From positions 1-60,533 of the forward strand of contig VBLS01000111.1 in assembly GCA_005878635.1 (NCBI GenBank): 60,533 bases of DNA, in the 5' to 3' direction. The notes beneath the pieces are model-generated. The model worked only from the letters and a program-made list of their open reading frames with translations. It was not told where the DNA came from and made no database searches. This DNA is from Methanobacteriota archaeon. GTDB taxonomy: Archaea; Thermoplasmatota; Thermoplasmata; RBG-16-68-12. Both the position numbers and the translations under genes were made by a program. Positions 38,362-48,123 of this stretch are shown piece after piece (the first letter of the stretch is position 1; every line of letters begins with the position of its first letter).

Positions 38362-39140
38362 TCGGTCACCATCCGGTTGAGGATCCGCAGTCCCTTGTCG
38401 TCGCAGGCCTTCTCGATCAGTTCCCGCTTCCGCGTGCCGACCCCGTGGGCGATGCGGACAGCCTGCTTCGTCGCATCGAGTCCCTCGAGCTGGCGCTCGT
38501 TATGGACGAGGATCTCTTGAAAGCCGCTCGGATGGAGACCCCGGACGGCCCTCGGGCCCCGATAGCCGATCGAGGGGAGATTCCAGCGGTATCCGAAGTG
38601 GCGACGCAACTTGGACTGGCCGCCCTGCGGTTTCCGCCACTCGTCGCCGAACATGCGGTACCGGAACCACTCCTGGCGCCGGAACTTTGGACGGACCGCA
38701 TTCTTCGCGCTGCGCAACGCGAGGAGCTTGCGGAGGCGGTCGTCCAGCTTGGGCTTCGCCCGAGCCTCATGGACGCGCTTCTCCGCTTCCTCCTCTTCTT
38801 TCTCCTTCTTCTTCGGCTTCTTCCGTAGGGTGGGCTCCTTCGCGGGCTTCTCCTTCTCCGCCTTCTCCGGCTCCTTAGGCTCCTCCGGCTCGGCCTCCTT
38901 CTTCGCTTCGCGAGCCGCCTTCGCTTCCTCTTTTGCGAGGAACGCGAGGAGCCGCTTCCGGAGCTCGTCGACCTTGCCTTCCTTGCTCAACTCGTACTTG
39001 TCGGACCACGCGACGAGTTCGGCTTTCTTCGCGGCGCGGACCTCCGCGGCCGTCGGGAGGGGACCCCGCGGTTCCGGCGGCTTCTCCGGTAGCGTGGCCT
39101 TCTTGACCTTTTTCGCCGGCTTCGGTTCCTCCTCGGCCAT
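38358..39140 (-). CDS. rpl32e: 50S ribosomal protein eL32 with long N-terminal extension
   Basis: PKFRRQEW...WRKPQG..SKLR...GYRGP..VRGLHPSG. Confidence 0.93.
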   Translation of the reverse strand: MAEEEPKPAKKVKKATLPEKPPEPRGPLPTAAEVRAAKKAELVAWSDKYELSKEGKVDELRKRLLAFLAKEEAKAAREAKKEAEPEEPKEPEKAEKEKPAKEPTLRKKPKKKEKEEEEAEKRVHEARAKPKLDDRLRKLLALRSAKNAVRPKFRRQEWFRYRMFGDEWRKPQGGQSKLRRHFGYRWNLPSIGYRGPRAVRGLHPSGFQEILVHNERQLEGLDATKQAVRIAHGVGTRKRELIEKACDDKGLRILNRMVTE

Positions 39141-39141
39141 C

Positions 39142-39687
39142 TTACGCCTCCCCGGCCTTCTTCGTGATGTAGATGCCGTCCTGGAAGATGCGCGGATCAA
39201 AGCCTCGGATCCGCGTCGCCTGTTCGATGTTCGCGGCGGTCTGACCGACCGCCTCGACGTCCGGGCCGCTCAGGAATACCTGGTCGCCTCTCACCTCGAC
39301 TTTCGTCTCTCCGATGATCCGCGTCTTCCGCGGGAACTTTTCCCCGAGGAAGTTCTCGACGATGAACTCGGACCCCTTGACCGTCGCCTTGACTGGGAAG
39401 TGACTGTACACAATCTTCATCTCGTACTCGAAGCCCTGCGTCACGCCCACGATCATGTTCCGGAGGTGGGCCGCGAACGTCCCCACGAGGGCGCCCTCCT
39501 GCCGCCGCGGGAATTCGCAGCGGACCTTCGCTTGCTTCCCGTCGACGACGATCCGGATGTGCGGATGGGACAGCACGCGGCGTAACGAGTGGCCCTTGGC
39601 GCTGACGACCACACTGTCGCCTTCCAGGCGGACCTGGACGTCCCCGGGAATGTCGACCAATTCCTCCTTCAATCCTGCGACCGGCAT
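39142..39687 (-). CDS. rpl6: 50S ribosomal protein uL6
   Basis: YSHFP, NFLGEK, DPRIFQDGIYI. Confidence 0.95.
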   Translation of the reverse strand: MPVAGLKEELVDIPGDVQVRLEGDSVVVSAKGHSLRRVLSHPHIRIVVDGKQAKVRCEFPRRQEGALVGTFAAHLRNMIVGVTQGFEYEMKIVYSHFPVKATVKGSEFIVENFLGEKFPRKTRIIGETKVEVRGDQVFLSGPDVEAVGQTAANIEQATRIRGFDPRIFQDGIYITKKAGEA

Positions 39688-39695
39688 CGCCCACC

Positions 39696-40085
39696 TCAGT
39701 AGACGTAGGCGAGAAGTTTCCCGCCCACGCCGACCTCCTTCGCCTTCGTCTGAGAGATGACCCCTTCCGTCGTCGTGAGGATGAGGACGCCGAAATCCTG
39801 TGCGGGCAGGTACCGCGCCTCGTACTTCTCGAGCTCCTTGCGCTTGACGGCGAAGCGCGGCTTGATCACGCCGCAGTTGTTGATGCTCCCGACGAGCCCG
39901 ACCCGGTACAGGTTCCCACGGCCGTCCTCGACGAGTTCGAACGACCGAATGTACTCGTGGTCCTGCATCACCTTGAGCACGCGGCCGATCAACTTCGACG
40001 CCGGCCGTATGACGCACTCCGTCTTGCCGGCCGACTCGGCGTTGCGGATCGTCGCCATCGCATCGTTGAGTGGATCTTGGAGCAA
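39696..40085 (-). CDS. rps8: 30S ribosomal protein uS8
   Basis: [26 protein letters not shown]. Confidence 0.95.
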   Translation of the reverse strand: MLQDPLNDAMATIRNAESAGKTECVIRPASKLIGRVLKVMQDHEYIRSFELVEDGRGNLYRVGLVGSINNCGVIKPRFAVKRKELEKYEARYLPAQDFGVLILTTTEGVISQTKAKEVGVGGKLLAYVY

Positions 40086-40094
40086 CCGATCACC

Positions 40095-40241
40095 TCAGCT
40101 GTACTTCCGGAAGCCGAGCTCGTAGGCGATCTCGCGGAAGCACTGGCGGCACAAATGGAGGCCGTAGCGGCGGACGATGCCCCGTTTCCGTCCGCAGCGG
40201 AGGCAGCCTTTCTTCCGGCCGAAATCCTTCGTCCGGTTCAC
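40095..40241 (-). CDS. rps14: 30S ribosomal protein uS14 (zinc type, 48 aa, not in ORF track)
   Basis: [36 protein letters not shown]. Confidence 0.95.
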   Translation of the reverse strand: MNRTKDFGRKKGCLRCGRKRGIVRRYGLHLCRQCFREIAYELGFRKYS

Positions 40242-40747
40242 TCGACCACCTCGATCTTGAAGCGCGCCTTCATGAACTCGATGCCTTCCGTGCGGGAGAC
40301 GCGGTGGGAACGAGGGATCCTCCGTGCCCGGAGGGCCCGGCGGGCGACGCGCCAGCCGGGACGCTGCAAGCTCACGCTGACGTCCATCCCGAACACGCCG
40401 ATCTCGGGATCGTACTTCATGCCGGGGAAGTCCGTGTAATCCTGGATTCCGAAGGAGACGTTCCCGCGAGCGTCGAAACTGTAGCCCGGGAGGCGGTTGT
40501 TCCGGATGTCGAGGGCGGACTTCAGGAACGACTCGGCGCCCTCGCCGCGCAACGTGACGCGGGTCCCGATTGGCATGTTCCGGCGCACGCCCCAGTCGCG
40601 GACGGCCTGGTGGCTGAGCGTCTGGACCGACTTCTGCTTCGTCACGAGCTCGAGGACCTTCTGCGCCTTGACGAGCTTCTCACCCGCCTCGCCGACGCCG
40701 ACGTTGACCACGACCTTCTCGACCCGGATCTCGCGCATGCCCGCCAT
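40238..40747 (-). CDS. rpl5: 50S ribosomal protein uL5
   Basis: [26 protein letters not shown]. Confidence 0.95.
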   Translation of the reverse strand: MAGMREIRVEKVVVNVGVGEAGEKLVKAQKVLELVTKQKSVQTLSHQAVRDWGVRRNMPIGTRVTLRGEGAESFLKSALDIRNNRLPGYSFDARGNVSFGIQDYTDFPGMKYDPEIGVFGMDVSVSLQRPGWRVARRALRARRIPRSHRVSRTEGIEFMKARFKIEVVE

Positions 40748-40755
40748 CGTCCCAC

Positions 40756-41466
40756 CTAGATGGCCGGGGCCTCCGGCATCTTGATCGTGGGCCCTTCCGT
40801 CCCGACGACGAACACCTTGTGAATGTCCGTCGAGAAGCCTTCCGTGAACGTGACGACGTTCGCCCGCGGGTTCCGCGTTCGCTGCACCTCGAGGACGTGG
40901 GCGATCTCCCCGACGTGCTGGCCCGCGGTCACCAGGACCGGGGCGCCCTTGCTGAGCTCGTAGTGCTCCACGACCTTCTGGCCGGGGACGTTCATCTTCA
41001 CGGTGGTCCCCGTCTTGTACGAATCCTTCGGCAGGACCAGGTTCCGGCCGTCGTGCAGGTTGATCTGCGTCTTCCCGCCGCGCACGGTCGTCTTGTCCTC
41101 GACGCGGCACAGCTTCCATGTGGCGTCGCCGGCCTCGATCCCGACGAGGGACATGCGGCCACGGGTGTTCACGAGCATGCGGTAGTGGGCCTTCGTCTCG
41201 CTCAAGGTGAGGACGTCCATTAGGCCCACGGGAAACTTGGGGTCCGTCACGGCGCGCCCGTCGACGAGGATGCCTCGGTTGTTCAGGATATGCCGGGCCT
41301 CGCGGGCGGTGTCGCACACCTTGAGCATGTCGCGCAGGATCGAGCCGAGCGGCACGCTCTCGCCGATCCCATGCGGACCGGGCGAGGGGCGGACAATCCA
41401 GAAATCCGTCTTGCGGGGGATCGACCAGGAGCGAGGCGCGGGCAGTCGCTTGAGGTGCTTCTTCAC
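40756..41466 (-). CDS. rps4e: 30S ribosomal protein eS4
   Basis: KHLKRLPAPRSW, PSPGPH, FPVGLMDV, NLHDGRN. Confidence 0.95.
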   Translation of the reverse strand: MKKHLKRLPAPRSWSIPRKTDFWIVRPSPGPHGIGESVPLGSILRDMLKVCDTAREARHILNNRGILVDGRAVTDPKFPVGLMDVLTLSETKAHYRMLVNTRGRMSLVGIEAGDATWKLCRVEDKTTVRGGKTQINLHDGRNLVLPKDSYKTGTTVKMNVPGQKVVEHYELSKGAPVLVTAGQHVGEIAHVLEVQRTRNPRANVVTFTEGFSTDIHKVFVVGTEGPTIKMPEAPAI

Positions 41467-41831
41467 TTCGATTTCTCCTCGAGCTTGCGGCGACGCCATG
41501 CGTCGGTGTCGTCCATCCGGATAATCAGCAGATTCGAGGCGTGCAAGGGCCTCGCGACCTTCTTCTCGTCGACCTTCTCGATCGTGATGCCCTCGACGAC
41601 GACGGTCCCGTGGACGCGATCCACGGAGACGACCTTGCCCTCCCGCCCTCGGAATCCGCCCCGCATGACGCGGACGGTGTCGCCCTTGCGGACCGGCAGG
41701 GCTCGCGGGAGGCGCCCCTTCGCCTTGTCGTGGAGTTCCGCCGACAGATGGGAGGAAGCGAGGAGCCGTTTCACATGGAGGGGGGCGTTGGCCGCCCGTT
41801 TCCGTTGCGTCCTCGGTTGGATGCTCGTCAT
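41463..41831 (-). CDS. rpl24: 50S ribosomal protein uL24
   Basis: QPRTQRK, VRKGDTVRVMRG KOW motif. Confidence 0.95.
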   Translation of the reverse strand: MTSIQPRTQRKRAANAPLHVKRLLASSHLSAELHDKAKGRLPRALPVRKGDTVRVMRGGFRGREGKVVSVDRVHGTVVVEGITIEKVDEKKVARPLHASNLLIIRMDDTDAWRRRKLEEKSK

Positions 41832-41839
41832 GCGTTGCC

Positions 41840-42238
41840 TCACACGATCATGCTCGCGGTCGCCGCGACGCGCGGCCACCGCTCGGCGGCTTCGCGGGCC
41901 ACCGGTCCCTTGATGTCCGATCCCTTCACCTCGCCTTCCGGAGTGACGATCACGCACGCGTTGTCCTCGAACTGGACCATCATCCCCTCGGGCCTCCGGA
42001 ACGGTCGCCGCTGGCGCACGACGACCGCGTTCATCACCTGTTTGCGCGTCTCCGGTGTGCCCTTCTTGACGGCGACGACGAGGAGGTCGGCGATGCCGGC
42101 CGACGCGAGCCGGTTCCGCACGCCCCGGTATTTCATCACTTCAATGATCTCGACGATCTTCGCACCGGTGTTGTCGATGCATTCGAGGCGCGCGCCCTTC
42201 GGGAGGCCGCGCATCTGGCGTCCGGGAAGGCCCTTCAC
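41840..42238 (-). CDS. rpl14: 50S ribosomal protein uL14
   Basis: [28 protein letters not shown]. Confidence 0.96.
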   Translation of the reverse strand: MKGLPGRQMRGLPKGARLECIDNTGAKIVEIIEVMKYRGVRNRLASAGIADLLVVAVKKGTPETRKQVMNAVVVRQRRPFRRPEGMMVQFEDNACVIVTPEGEVKGSDIKGPVAREAAERWPRVAATASMIV

Positions 42239-42624
42239 CCGGCGACCCCCTGGTTGTGGATCGCGACGAAGTGCACCGTCTTCCCGAGGGGTCGGCACTC
42301 CATCGCGACGATCCGGTGCCCGACCTGGAGGCCGAGGCACGGCGGCGCGTGGACATTCAACCGGCGCGTCCGCTTCTCGAACCGTTCGAACTTCTGGATG
42401 TACCGAAGGTACTCCCGCTCGATGACGACCGTGTTCTGCATTCGCGTCGAGACGACGACGCCTTCGAGCATCTGGCCGCGCACCGGAAGGCCGGCGTGGA
42501 ATGGACACTTCGCGTCCGTGCAAACCTTCGCGGGTGAGGGGACGTCAATGCCGATGTCGCGGGCACCGGGGGCCGATGGCACCGCGGCCGCGACCGCCTT
42601 CCGTCTCGACTTCTTCTCCGCCAT
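42235..42624 (-). CDS. rps17: 30S ribosomal protein uS17
   Basis: [21 protein letters not shown]. Confidence 0.95.
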   Translation of the reverse strand: MAEKKSRRKAVAAAVPSAPGARDIGIDVPSPAKVCTDAKCPFHAGLPVRGQMLEGVVVSTRMQNTVVIEREYLRYIQKFERFEKRTRRLNVHAPPCLGLQVGHRIVAMECRPLGKTVHFVAIHNQGVAG

Positions 42625-42629
42625 GGACG

Positions 42630-42881
42630 TCACCGGGCCTTCTTCACGCGGTCTTCCGGCCGAAATCGGATGTCCGCCCCGTCGATCTCGTAGCCGCCCT
42701 GGACGTCGAAGCGGAACCGGCTGCCTTCCTTGGGAATCCGTTTCTCGTCGCCGCGGACATCGAGGACGAGCGTGTTCCGCGTCTCATCGACGACGCGTCC
42801 ACGAAGATGCTCCTGGCTGGGGTCCGTCGCCGCGACCACCTCGACCTGGAGCCCGATGAGCTCGTGCTTCCGAAGGTTCAC
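42630..42881 (-). CDS. rnp1: Ribonuclease P protein component 1 (Rpp29)
   Basis: HELIGL...G.VVDETRNTL...RPEDR. Confidence 0.93.
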   Translation of the reverse strand: MNLRKHELIGLQVEVVAATDPSQEHLRGRVVDETRNTLVLDVRGDEKRIPKEGSRFRFDVQGGYEIDGADIRFRPEDRVKKAR

Positions 42882-43132
42882 GGGGTTTCCTCCGTCGCGG
42901 ATTCCTTCGGCGTGGGCGCCGGGGCGGTCCCGAGCCGCCGCTCCTCGGACATGATCGTGAGGATCCGGGCGATGTTCTTGCGAAGGGCGCGGATCTTCCC
43001 CGGATTCGGAGGCGCGCCGCCCATCGCCGCGACGCCGCGCTCGTGCATCAGCTCGTCCCGGAGTTCCGAGAGCTTCTTGCCGAGGGTGTCGGCGTCCATC
43101 GCCCGGATTTCCTTCGTGCGGAGGAGGGGCAT
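42878..43132 (-). CDS. rpl29: 50S ribosomal protein uL29
   Basis: EIRAM...NPGKIRALRKNIARILT. Confidence 0.93.
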   Translation of the reverse strand: MPLLRTKEIRAMDADTLGKKLSELRDELMHERGVAAMGGAPPNPGKIRALRKNIARILTIMSEERRLGTAPAPTPKESATEETP

Positions 43133-44016
43133 TAGGCGTCGTCGCCCCCGTTCGGCTCGACGTCGGCGTCCACGCCGAGCGCCTTCACTTCCTTCGCGAC
43201 CTTCTTCAACCGCTTCGAGGCGACCTTGCCGCGTTTCACCTTCGGCTCGGCCACTTTCGGCTCCTCGAGAATCAGGGGTTCCGGTTCTTCCGGTTCGTCC
43301 TCGGCGGGAACCGCTGCGGGGACCGCCTCGGGCTTGGGCTCCGCCCGCACGAGGAGGGCGGCCTCGGCCATGGCAGCGGCCGCGGCCAGGTATTCGGCGG
43401 ACGGCTGCTTGATCTCGACCTCATCGGGCAGCTTCGCCCGCGGGTCCATGATCTCGACCGTCACGCCGATGACCCCGGGCTTGAGTTTCGCCGCCGCGAA
43501 GCCGCGGTCCATCCAGAGGTTGCGCGGCTCGCCGCAATACTTGATGTGACCGGCCTTGAACTTCTCCCGGCGGTGCCGTTGGCCCGTCAGTTTGCCGGCG
43601 ATGACGACGAGGCAGCCTTTCGCGCCGGCCTCCATGATCCGTCGCACGGTCGAATGGCCCGCCCGCCGGAAATGCCAGCCGCGCTCCAGCGCGTTCGCGA
43701 GCTTCTCCGCCATGATCTGCGCATTGAGGGCCGGGCTCCCGACCTCCTGCACTTCGATCTGGGGATTGTCGAATTTGAATTGACGTTCGACGGCCTCCGT
43801 GAGGCTCTTGATCGCCCCGCCCTTCCGCCCGATGACGAGGCCCGGGCGCTCCGCGAGAAGGGTGACGCGGGTCCCCATGGGAGTCCGCTGGATGTCCAGG
43901 CCGCCGAACCCGGCCCGGCGGGTCTCGTTCATCAGGTATTCCTTGAGGAGGACGCGGCGCACGTTCTCGACGATGATGCGCTTGTCTTTCCGCTCGACCT
44001 TCGACTCCGCCGGCAC
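43132..44016 (-). CDS. rps3: 30S ribosomal protein uS3
   Basis: RPGLVIGRKG KH motif, GKLTGQR; long C-terminal tail. Confidence 0.96.
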   Translation of the reverse strand: MPAESKVERKDKRIIVENVRRVLLKEYLMNETRRAGFGGLDIQRTPMGTRVTLLAERPGLVIGRKGGAIKSLTEAVERQFKFDNPQIEVQEVGSPALNAQIMAEKLANALERGWHFRRAGHSTVRRIMEAGAKGCLVVIAGKLTGQRHRREKFKAGHIKYCGEPRNLWMDRGFAAAKLKPGVIGVTVEIMDPRAKLPDEVEIKQPSAEYLAAAAAMAEAALLVRAEPKPEAVPAAVPAEDEPEEPEPLILEEPKVAEPKVKRGKVASKRLKKVAKEVKALGVDADVEPNGGDDA

Positions 44017-44472
44017 TCACGCCACCTCTTCGAGGACGATCTCCAGATTGACGGTGTCTTGGTTCCACGGGCTGCTGCGCCCGTACGCGCGGGGTCGATA
44101 GCCCTTCGACGTCGCGCCCTTGTGGGCGTTGATGACGGCGATGACCATCGTGTCCGGATCCTCTTTCCCGGTGAACTCCGCGTTCGCGACCGCGCTCTCG
44201 AGGATCGTGAGGAACGCCTTCGCCGCCTTGACTGGATATCGCGCCGGCCCCAGGCCGGACTTGTGTGCGACCCACCGCCCGTACGTCCGCATCGGCACCG
44301 CCTGCTTGAGGGCCGCGACGTTCTCCAGGTATTCGCGGGCCTTCTCTACCGTCCGCCCGCGCAGCTGCCTCGCGAGCTCGATCGACTTCTTCCACGCGAT
44401 CGGGAGGTCTCGGCCATACGCTCGGGCCATCGTCTCGATCTTGTATTCCACCGTGTACCCGAGTTTCGTCAT
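44017..44472 (-). CDS. rpl22: 50S ribosomal protein uL22
   Basis: RYPVKAA, NAEF, PRAYGRS. Confidence 0.95.
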   Translation of the reverse strand: MTKLGYTVEYKIETMARAYGRDLPIAWKKSIELARQLRGRTVEKAREYLENVAALKQAVPMRTYGRWVAHKSGLGPARYPVKAAKAFLTILESAVANAEFTGKEDPDTMVIAVINAHKGATSKGYRPRAYGRSSPWNQDTVNLEIVLEEVA

Positions 44473-44479
44473 CCGATCC

Positions 44480-44947
44480 TCACTTCAGCGGCATGAACTT
44501 CGACGAGCGCGTCGCGCCGACGCCCGGTCCGCTGTGGACCACGGGCTTGCGGGTCATCGCGAACTCGCCGAGGAAATGGCCGATCATCTCGGACTTGATC
44601 TCCACCGTCACGAACTCCTTCCCGTTGTGGATCGCGACCTTCTTCCCGATGAAGTCGGGCAGGATCGGGACGTCGCGGCAGTGCGTCCGGACCGCAGCGT
44701 CGGTCCCGTTCGCTCGTAGTTTCTCGACGAACGTCAGGCGCTCGTCGTCGAGGCCGCGGATGAACGTCCGGCGAGGACGGGCCGGCAAGAGCTCGATGAT
44801 CTCCTCGAGCGTCATGGCCTTCATCTCGTCGAGGGTGTAGCCGCGGTAGGTGAACTCCTTCTTCCGGCGCGTCTCCACGAGGCCTGCGCGCTTGCGCAAC
44901 TTCCGCCGTGCCGCCTTCGCGAGACCGCCGCCCATCTTCTTCGCCAT
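44480..44947 (-). CDS. rps19: 30S ribosomal protein uS19
   Basis: FTYRG, RTHCRD, MIGHFLGEF, GATRSSKF. Confidence 0.96.
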   Translation of the reverse strand: MAKKMGGGLAKAARRKLRKRAGLVETRRKKEFTYRGYTLDEMKAMTLEEIIELLPARPRRTFIRGLDDERLTFVEKLRANGTDAAVRTHCRDVPILPDFIGKKVAIHNGKEFVTVEIKSEMIGHFLGEFAMTRKPVVHSGPGVGATRSSKFMPLK

Positions 44948-44951
44948 GCGT

Positions 44952-45665
44952 TTACCTCCGTCGCCGCTTCTCCTTCAGCCGCTTCGGTTTCGGGGACATC
45001 CGGCCGACCTTCCGGCCGGGAGGAGCGTCATATCCGACGGTCGACGGCTTGCCGACGTGCTGGTGCGATCCGCCTCCGTGGGGATGGTCGACGGGATTCA
45101 TCGCGACCCCGCGGACCTTGAAGTAGGGCTTGCTGAACGATCGGAAGGAGAACCACTTCTTGCCGGCGCGCGTGAAGGGCTTGTCCCCGCGGCCTGCGCC
45201 TGCGACCGCGCCGATCGTCGCGCGGCAGTCCGGATGGAAGGATCGGAACTGGCCCGACGGCAACTGCACGACGGTCCGATCTCCCTGGCTCACGACCACG
45301 GCCTGCGCGCCGGCGGCGCGGACGAAGCGGCCCCCGTCTCCCGGCATCGCCTCGAGATTGTAGACGAGCGTCCCTTCGGGGATGTCGCGCAGCGTCATCG
45401 TGTTCCCGCGGTCGAGATTCGGAGGGCCGTGGGTCACCGGCTGCCCGACGGAAAGCCCGTCGCAAGCGATCATCAGGACCTCATGACCATCGAACCGCAC
45501 CCGCGCGAGGGGGGCCGTGTGGCCCGGCGCTTGGAAGATGGCGGTCACGACGCCGGAGCCGCGAAGGTGCGGGTGCACGACCGGACCCGGATGGCGGTGG
45601 CTCGGCGACCGATACGTCGGCGAGGTCCCGCGGCCGCGGCGCTGGCCCGGAAGATTCTTTCCCAT
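44952..45665 (-). CDS. rpl2: 50S ribosomal protein uL2
   Basis: QRRGRG, VRGVAMNPVDHPHGGG. Confidence 0.97.
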   Translation of the reverse strand: MGKNLPGQRRGRGTSPTYRSPSHRHPGPVVHPHLRGSGVVTAIFQAPGHTAPLARVRFDGHEVLMIACDGLSVGQPVTHGPPNLDRGNTMTLRDIPEGTLVYNLEAMPGDGGRFVRAAGAQAVVVSQGDRTVVQLPSGQFRSFHPDCRATIGAVAGAGRGDKPFTRAGKKWFSFRSFSKPYFKVRGVAMNPVDHPHGGGSHQHVGKPSTVGYDAPPGRKVGRMSPKPKRLKEKRRRR

Positions 45666-45946
45666 CAGAACACCCCGATCCGCATCCCGATTTCTTCCGC
45701 GGAGAACTCCGGCTTGAGTTTGATGACCGCATGCTTGCCGTCCCGCCGGACGAAGGTGTTGACCTTCGCGACCTTGACCTGGAACAGTTCCTCGAAGGCC
45801 CTCTTGACCTCGGTCCTCGTCGCGCGCCGGACCACGAGGAACTCGAGGCGATTCCCGTCCTTCAGGTTTTGAGCGGGCGTGCCCTGGAGCATGTTGAGCG
45901 TCTTCTCGGTGACGTACGGATGGAGGAGGATCTCGTGCGGTTTCAT
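45665..45946 (-). CDS. rpl23: 50S ribosomal protein uL23
   Basis: PYVTEK, VKVAKVNT. Confidence 0.93.
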   Translation of the reverse strand: MKPHEILLHPYVTEKTLNMLQGTPAQNLKDGNRLEFLVVRRATRTEVKRAFEELFQVKVAKVNTFVRRDGKHAVIKLKPEFSAEEIGMRIGVF

Positions 45947-46875
45947 GGCTGCCAGCTCCGCAGCACTTCGAGGGCTCCCTCGCTGAACACCGCGAGCCGG
46001 CCCGGATCGCCGCCGGGCGCGAGGACCTCGGCGTTCAGGCCGGAAGGGCTGACGACCTCGATGCCCGGGAGGTTCCCGAACAACCGGCGCACCTTCGTCG
46101 GGTCCTTGACGACGACGAGCAAGCTCCGCGGCTGGCGATACCTCCGGCCGCGCATCTTGCCCCGACCGGCCCGGACGTGGCGGCCTTCCTTCGCGCGCTC
46201 GACGTCCGACAGCACCCCGAGGCGATCGAGGATCTTGACGCCTTCCCGGGTGGCGCCTCCCTCCGGCTCGAGGGTCTCGAGCCCGTCTTCGACAATCACG
46301 GGGAGGCTCAGCGCCTCCTTGAAATGGTGGCCGCGCGCCGCTACGATCTCCGATTCCTTGAGCGCGGACAGGGCCGCGTTTCGGGCCATCCGCCGCTCCT
46401 TCTCGTTGATCTTCTTGGCCCACACCTTGTCCGGGCGCGGAGGATGCGCGCGACGGCCTCCGACGGTGCCCGGAGCCTGCGCGCCGGTCATCGAGCCGCG
46501 AAGCCGCGGCACTCGGGACACTCCGTGTCCCTTGCCCGACCAGCGGACGGAGTGTCGGATTCCCGACCGGAAGGCGGGGCCGTACGGCTGACGTCGGTTC
46601 GCCTGCGCCGCGGTGACGGCCCGACGGATGAGGTCGAATCGGACGTCGCCCTGGAAAATCGGCGGGAGGTCGACGGACTTGACCACGTCGCCGTCGAGGG
46701 AATAAACGTGAACGCGACCGCCTTCCGGACGAGGAGCCTCCTTCGTCTTCGGGGCCTTCGTCGCCTTCGGAGGTTTCTCGGCCGCGGCCGGCTTCTTCCG
46801 TCGCACCCGCGGCTTCGGCGGCGCCTTCTCTTCTTCCTCGGCCGCCTCTTTCTTCTCCTTCGCGGGGATCCTCAC
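45943..46875 (-). CDS. rpl4: 50S ribosomal protein uL4 with N-terminal extension
   Basis: GVSRVPR, GGRRAHPP, RAGRGKMRGR, LAPGG.PGRL. Confidence 0.95.
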   Translation of the reverse strand: MRIPAKEKKEAAEEEEKAPPKPRVRRKKPAAAEKPPKATKAPKTKEAPRPEGGRVHVYSLDGDVVKSVDLPPIFQGDVRFDLIRRAVTAAQANRRQPYGPAFRSGIRHSVRWSGKGHGVSRVPRLRGSMTGAQAPGTVGGRRAHPPRPDKVWAKKINEKERRMARNAALSALKESEIVAARGHHFKEALSLPVIVEDGLETLEPEGGATREGVKILDRLGVLSDVERAKEGRHVRAGRGKMRGRRYRQPRSLLVVVKDPTKVRRLFGNLPGIEVVSPSGLNAEVLAPGGDPGRLAVFSEGALEVLRSWQP

Positions 46876-47876
46876 ACCCCCTGCTTCGATTCGCGCGAAA
46901 CGTAGGTGAGATCGGGGGACTTTTCCAGTTTCACGAAGCCGATCCGGGCGGCGTCGCGGAGGCGGATGAGTCGCTTCGCGGGCCCCGGAATTGAACCGTG
47001 GAGCAGGACGTACGAATTACGGACGATCCCGTAAGAGAGGAACCCGCCGCTCGGATTGATCTCCTCACCCTTCTCGCCGATCTTCAAAATCCGCTTGTTG
47101 TACTCCGTCCTCTGATGATACCCGAACTGTCCGCCTTGCGGGACCGTCGGCCGCACGTATCCCGGCTGGAAGTTCCCGAGCGTGCCGATGTTCCGCCGGT
47201 GCTTCGAATTCTTGTGGCTCAGGAGCCGCGTGCCCCATCGGGTGTGGTGCCCCTTCCACCCCTTGCCTTTCGTGATCGCGGCGACGTCGACGATCGATCC
47301 TTCCCGACAGAATTCCGTGACGGCGATGTCCGTCCCGAGCAACTGCTTCGCGTATTTGATGCGGTCCTCGATGGAGCCGCCGCCGACCCGATTCTCCATC
47401 AGATCGGGCTTCTTCTTCGGGACCCCGGTCAGCAACGCCGGCTGCGTGTAGGTTATGAGACGCACGTCGTCGACGTGCGCGGGATCCACCTTTTTCCAAG
47501 CTTCCTCCGCGTCGTAGTCCTTCGGAATCGGGAAGACCCTTCGCAGTTCCTTGTCGAGCTTCGGGCTCCACACCTCCACCTGGGTCCTCAGGCCCTCGGG
47601 CTCCCGATGGTAGAGTCGCACCGCCGCGACGTGCATCGGAGGGACCTCGAGCACGGTGACGGGGATCTGGACCTCCTGACCCGATGTGGTCGAGGTGGGC
47701 CGGTAGTCCACCACGATCGCGTGCGTCATCCCGGCTTTGTAGCCCGCAAAGCCCTGGACCTTCGGGCTGCTTCCGTCCAAGTCGGGCCAACTCGAGAAGT
47801 GGGGAATCGGGCTCTCGCTCCTCTTGCGGGGCGAAAAGCCCATCGAGCCGTGTCGTGGTCGGTGTTCCTTCGGCAT
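46872..47876 (-). CDS. rpl3: 50S ribosomal protein uL3
   Basis: PRHGSMGFSPRKR, GYKAGMTH, GYHQRTEYNK. Confidence 0.97.
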   Translation of the reverse strand: MPKEHRPRHGSMGFSPRKRSESPIPHFSSWPDLDGSSPKVQGFAGYKAGMTHAIVVDYRPTSTTSGQEVQIPVTVLEVPPMHVAAVRLYHREPEGLRTQVEVWSPKLDKELRRVFPIPKDYDAEEAWKKVDPAHVDDVRLITYTQPALLTGVPKKKPDLMENRVGGGSIEDRIKYAKQLLGTDIAVTEFCREGSIVDVAAITKGKGWKGHHTRWGTRLLSHKNSKHRRNIGTLGNFQPGYVRPTVPQGGQFGYHQRTEYNKRILKIGEKGEEINPSGGFLSYGIVRNSYVLLHGSIPGPAKRLIRLRDAARIGFVKLEKSPDLTYVSRESKQGV

Positions 47877-48123
47877 CGGCGAGTCCTCCGCGCAAAGCGT
47901 TCTCTCGTCGCGTGCAACGAGCCGCGGGCGAATGCCACGCCGCCGTGACGCTGCCTGCGGGCCCAGAAGATTCGGGCCCGCATTTCCGGGATCCTCAAGC
48001 GGATTGCCCAGGGGCGTCTGGTCGGCGCGTTGGGCCGTCCCTATGGAGGGGGGCTATTTAGCTTTTTGGAGAAAGACGTGCGTCTCTCGGAGGAAAATGC
48101 GAATGTTCGCGGAAGGGCGGCGC

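Noticed and set aside
42630..43132. No SUI1 gene between rpl29 and rnp1, and no adk after secY
   Set aside because: Ordinary lineage-level variation in operon content.
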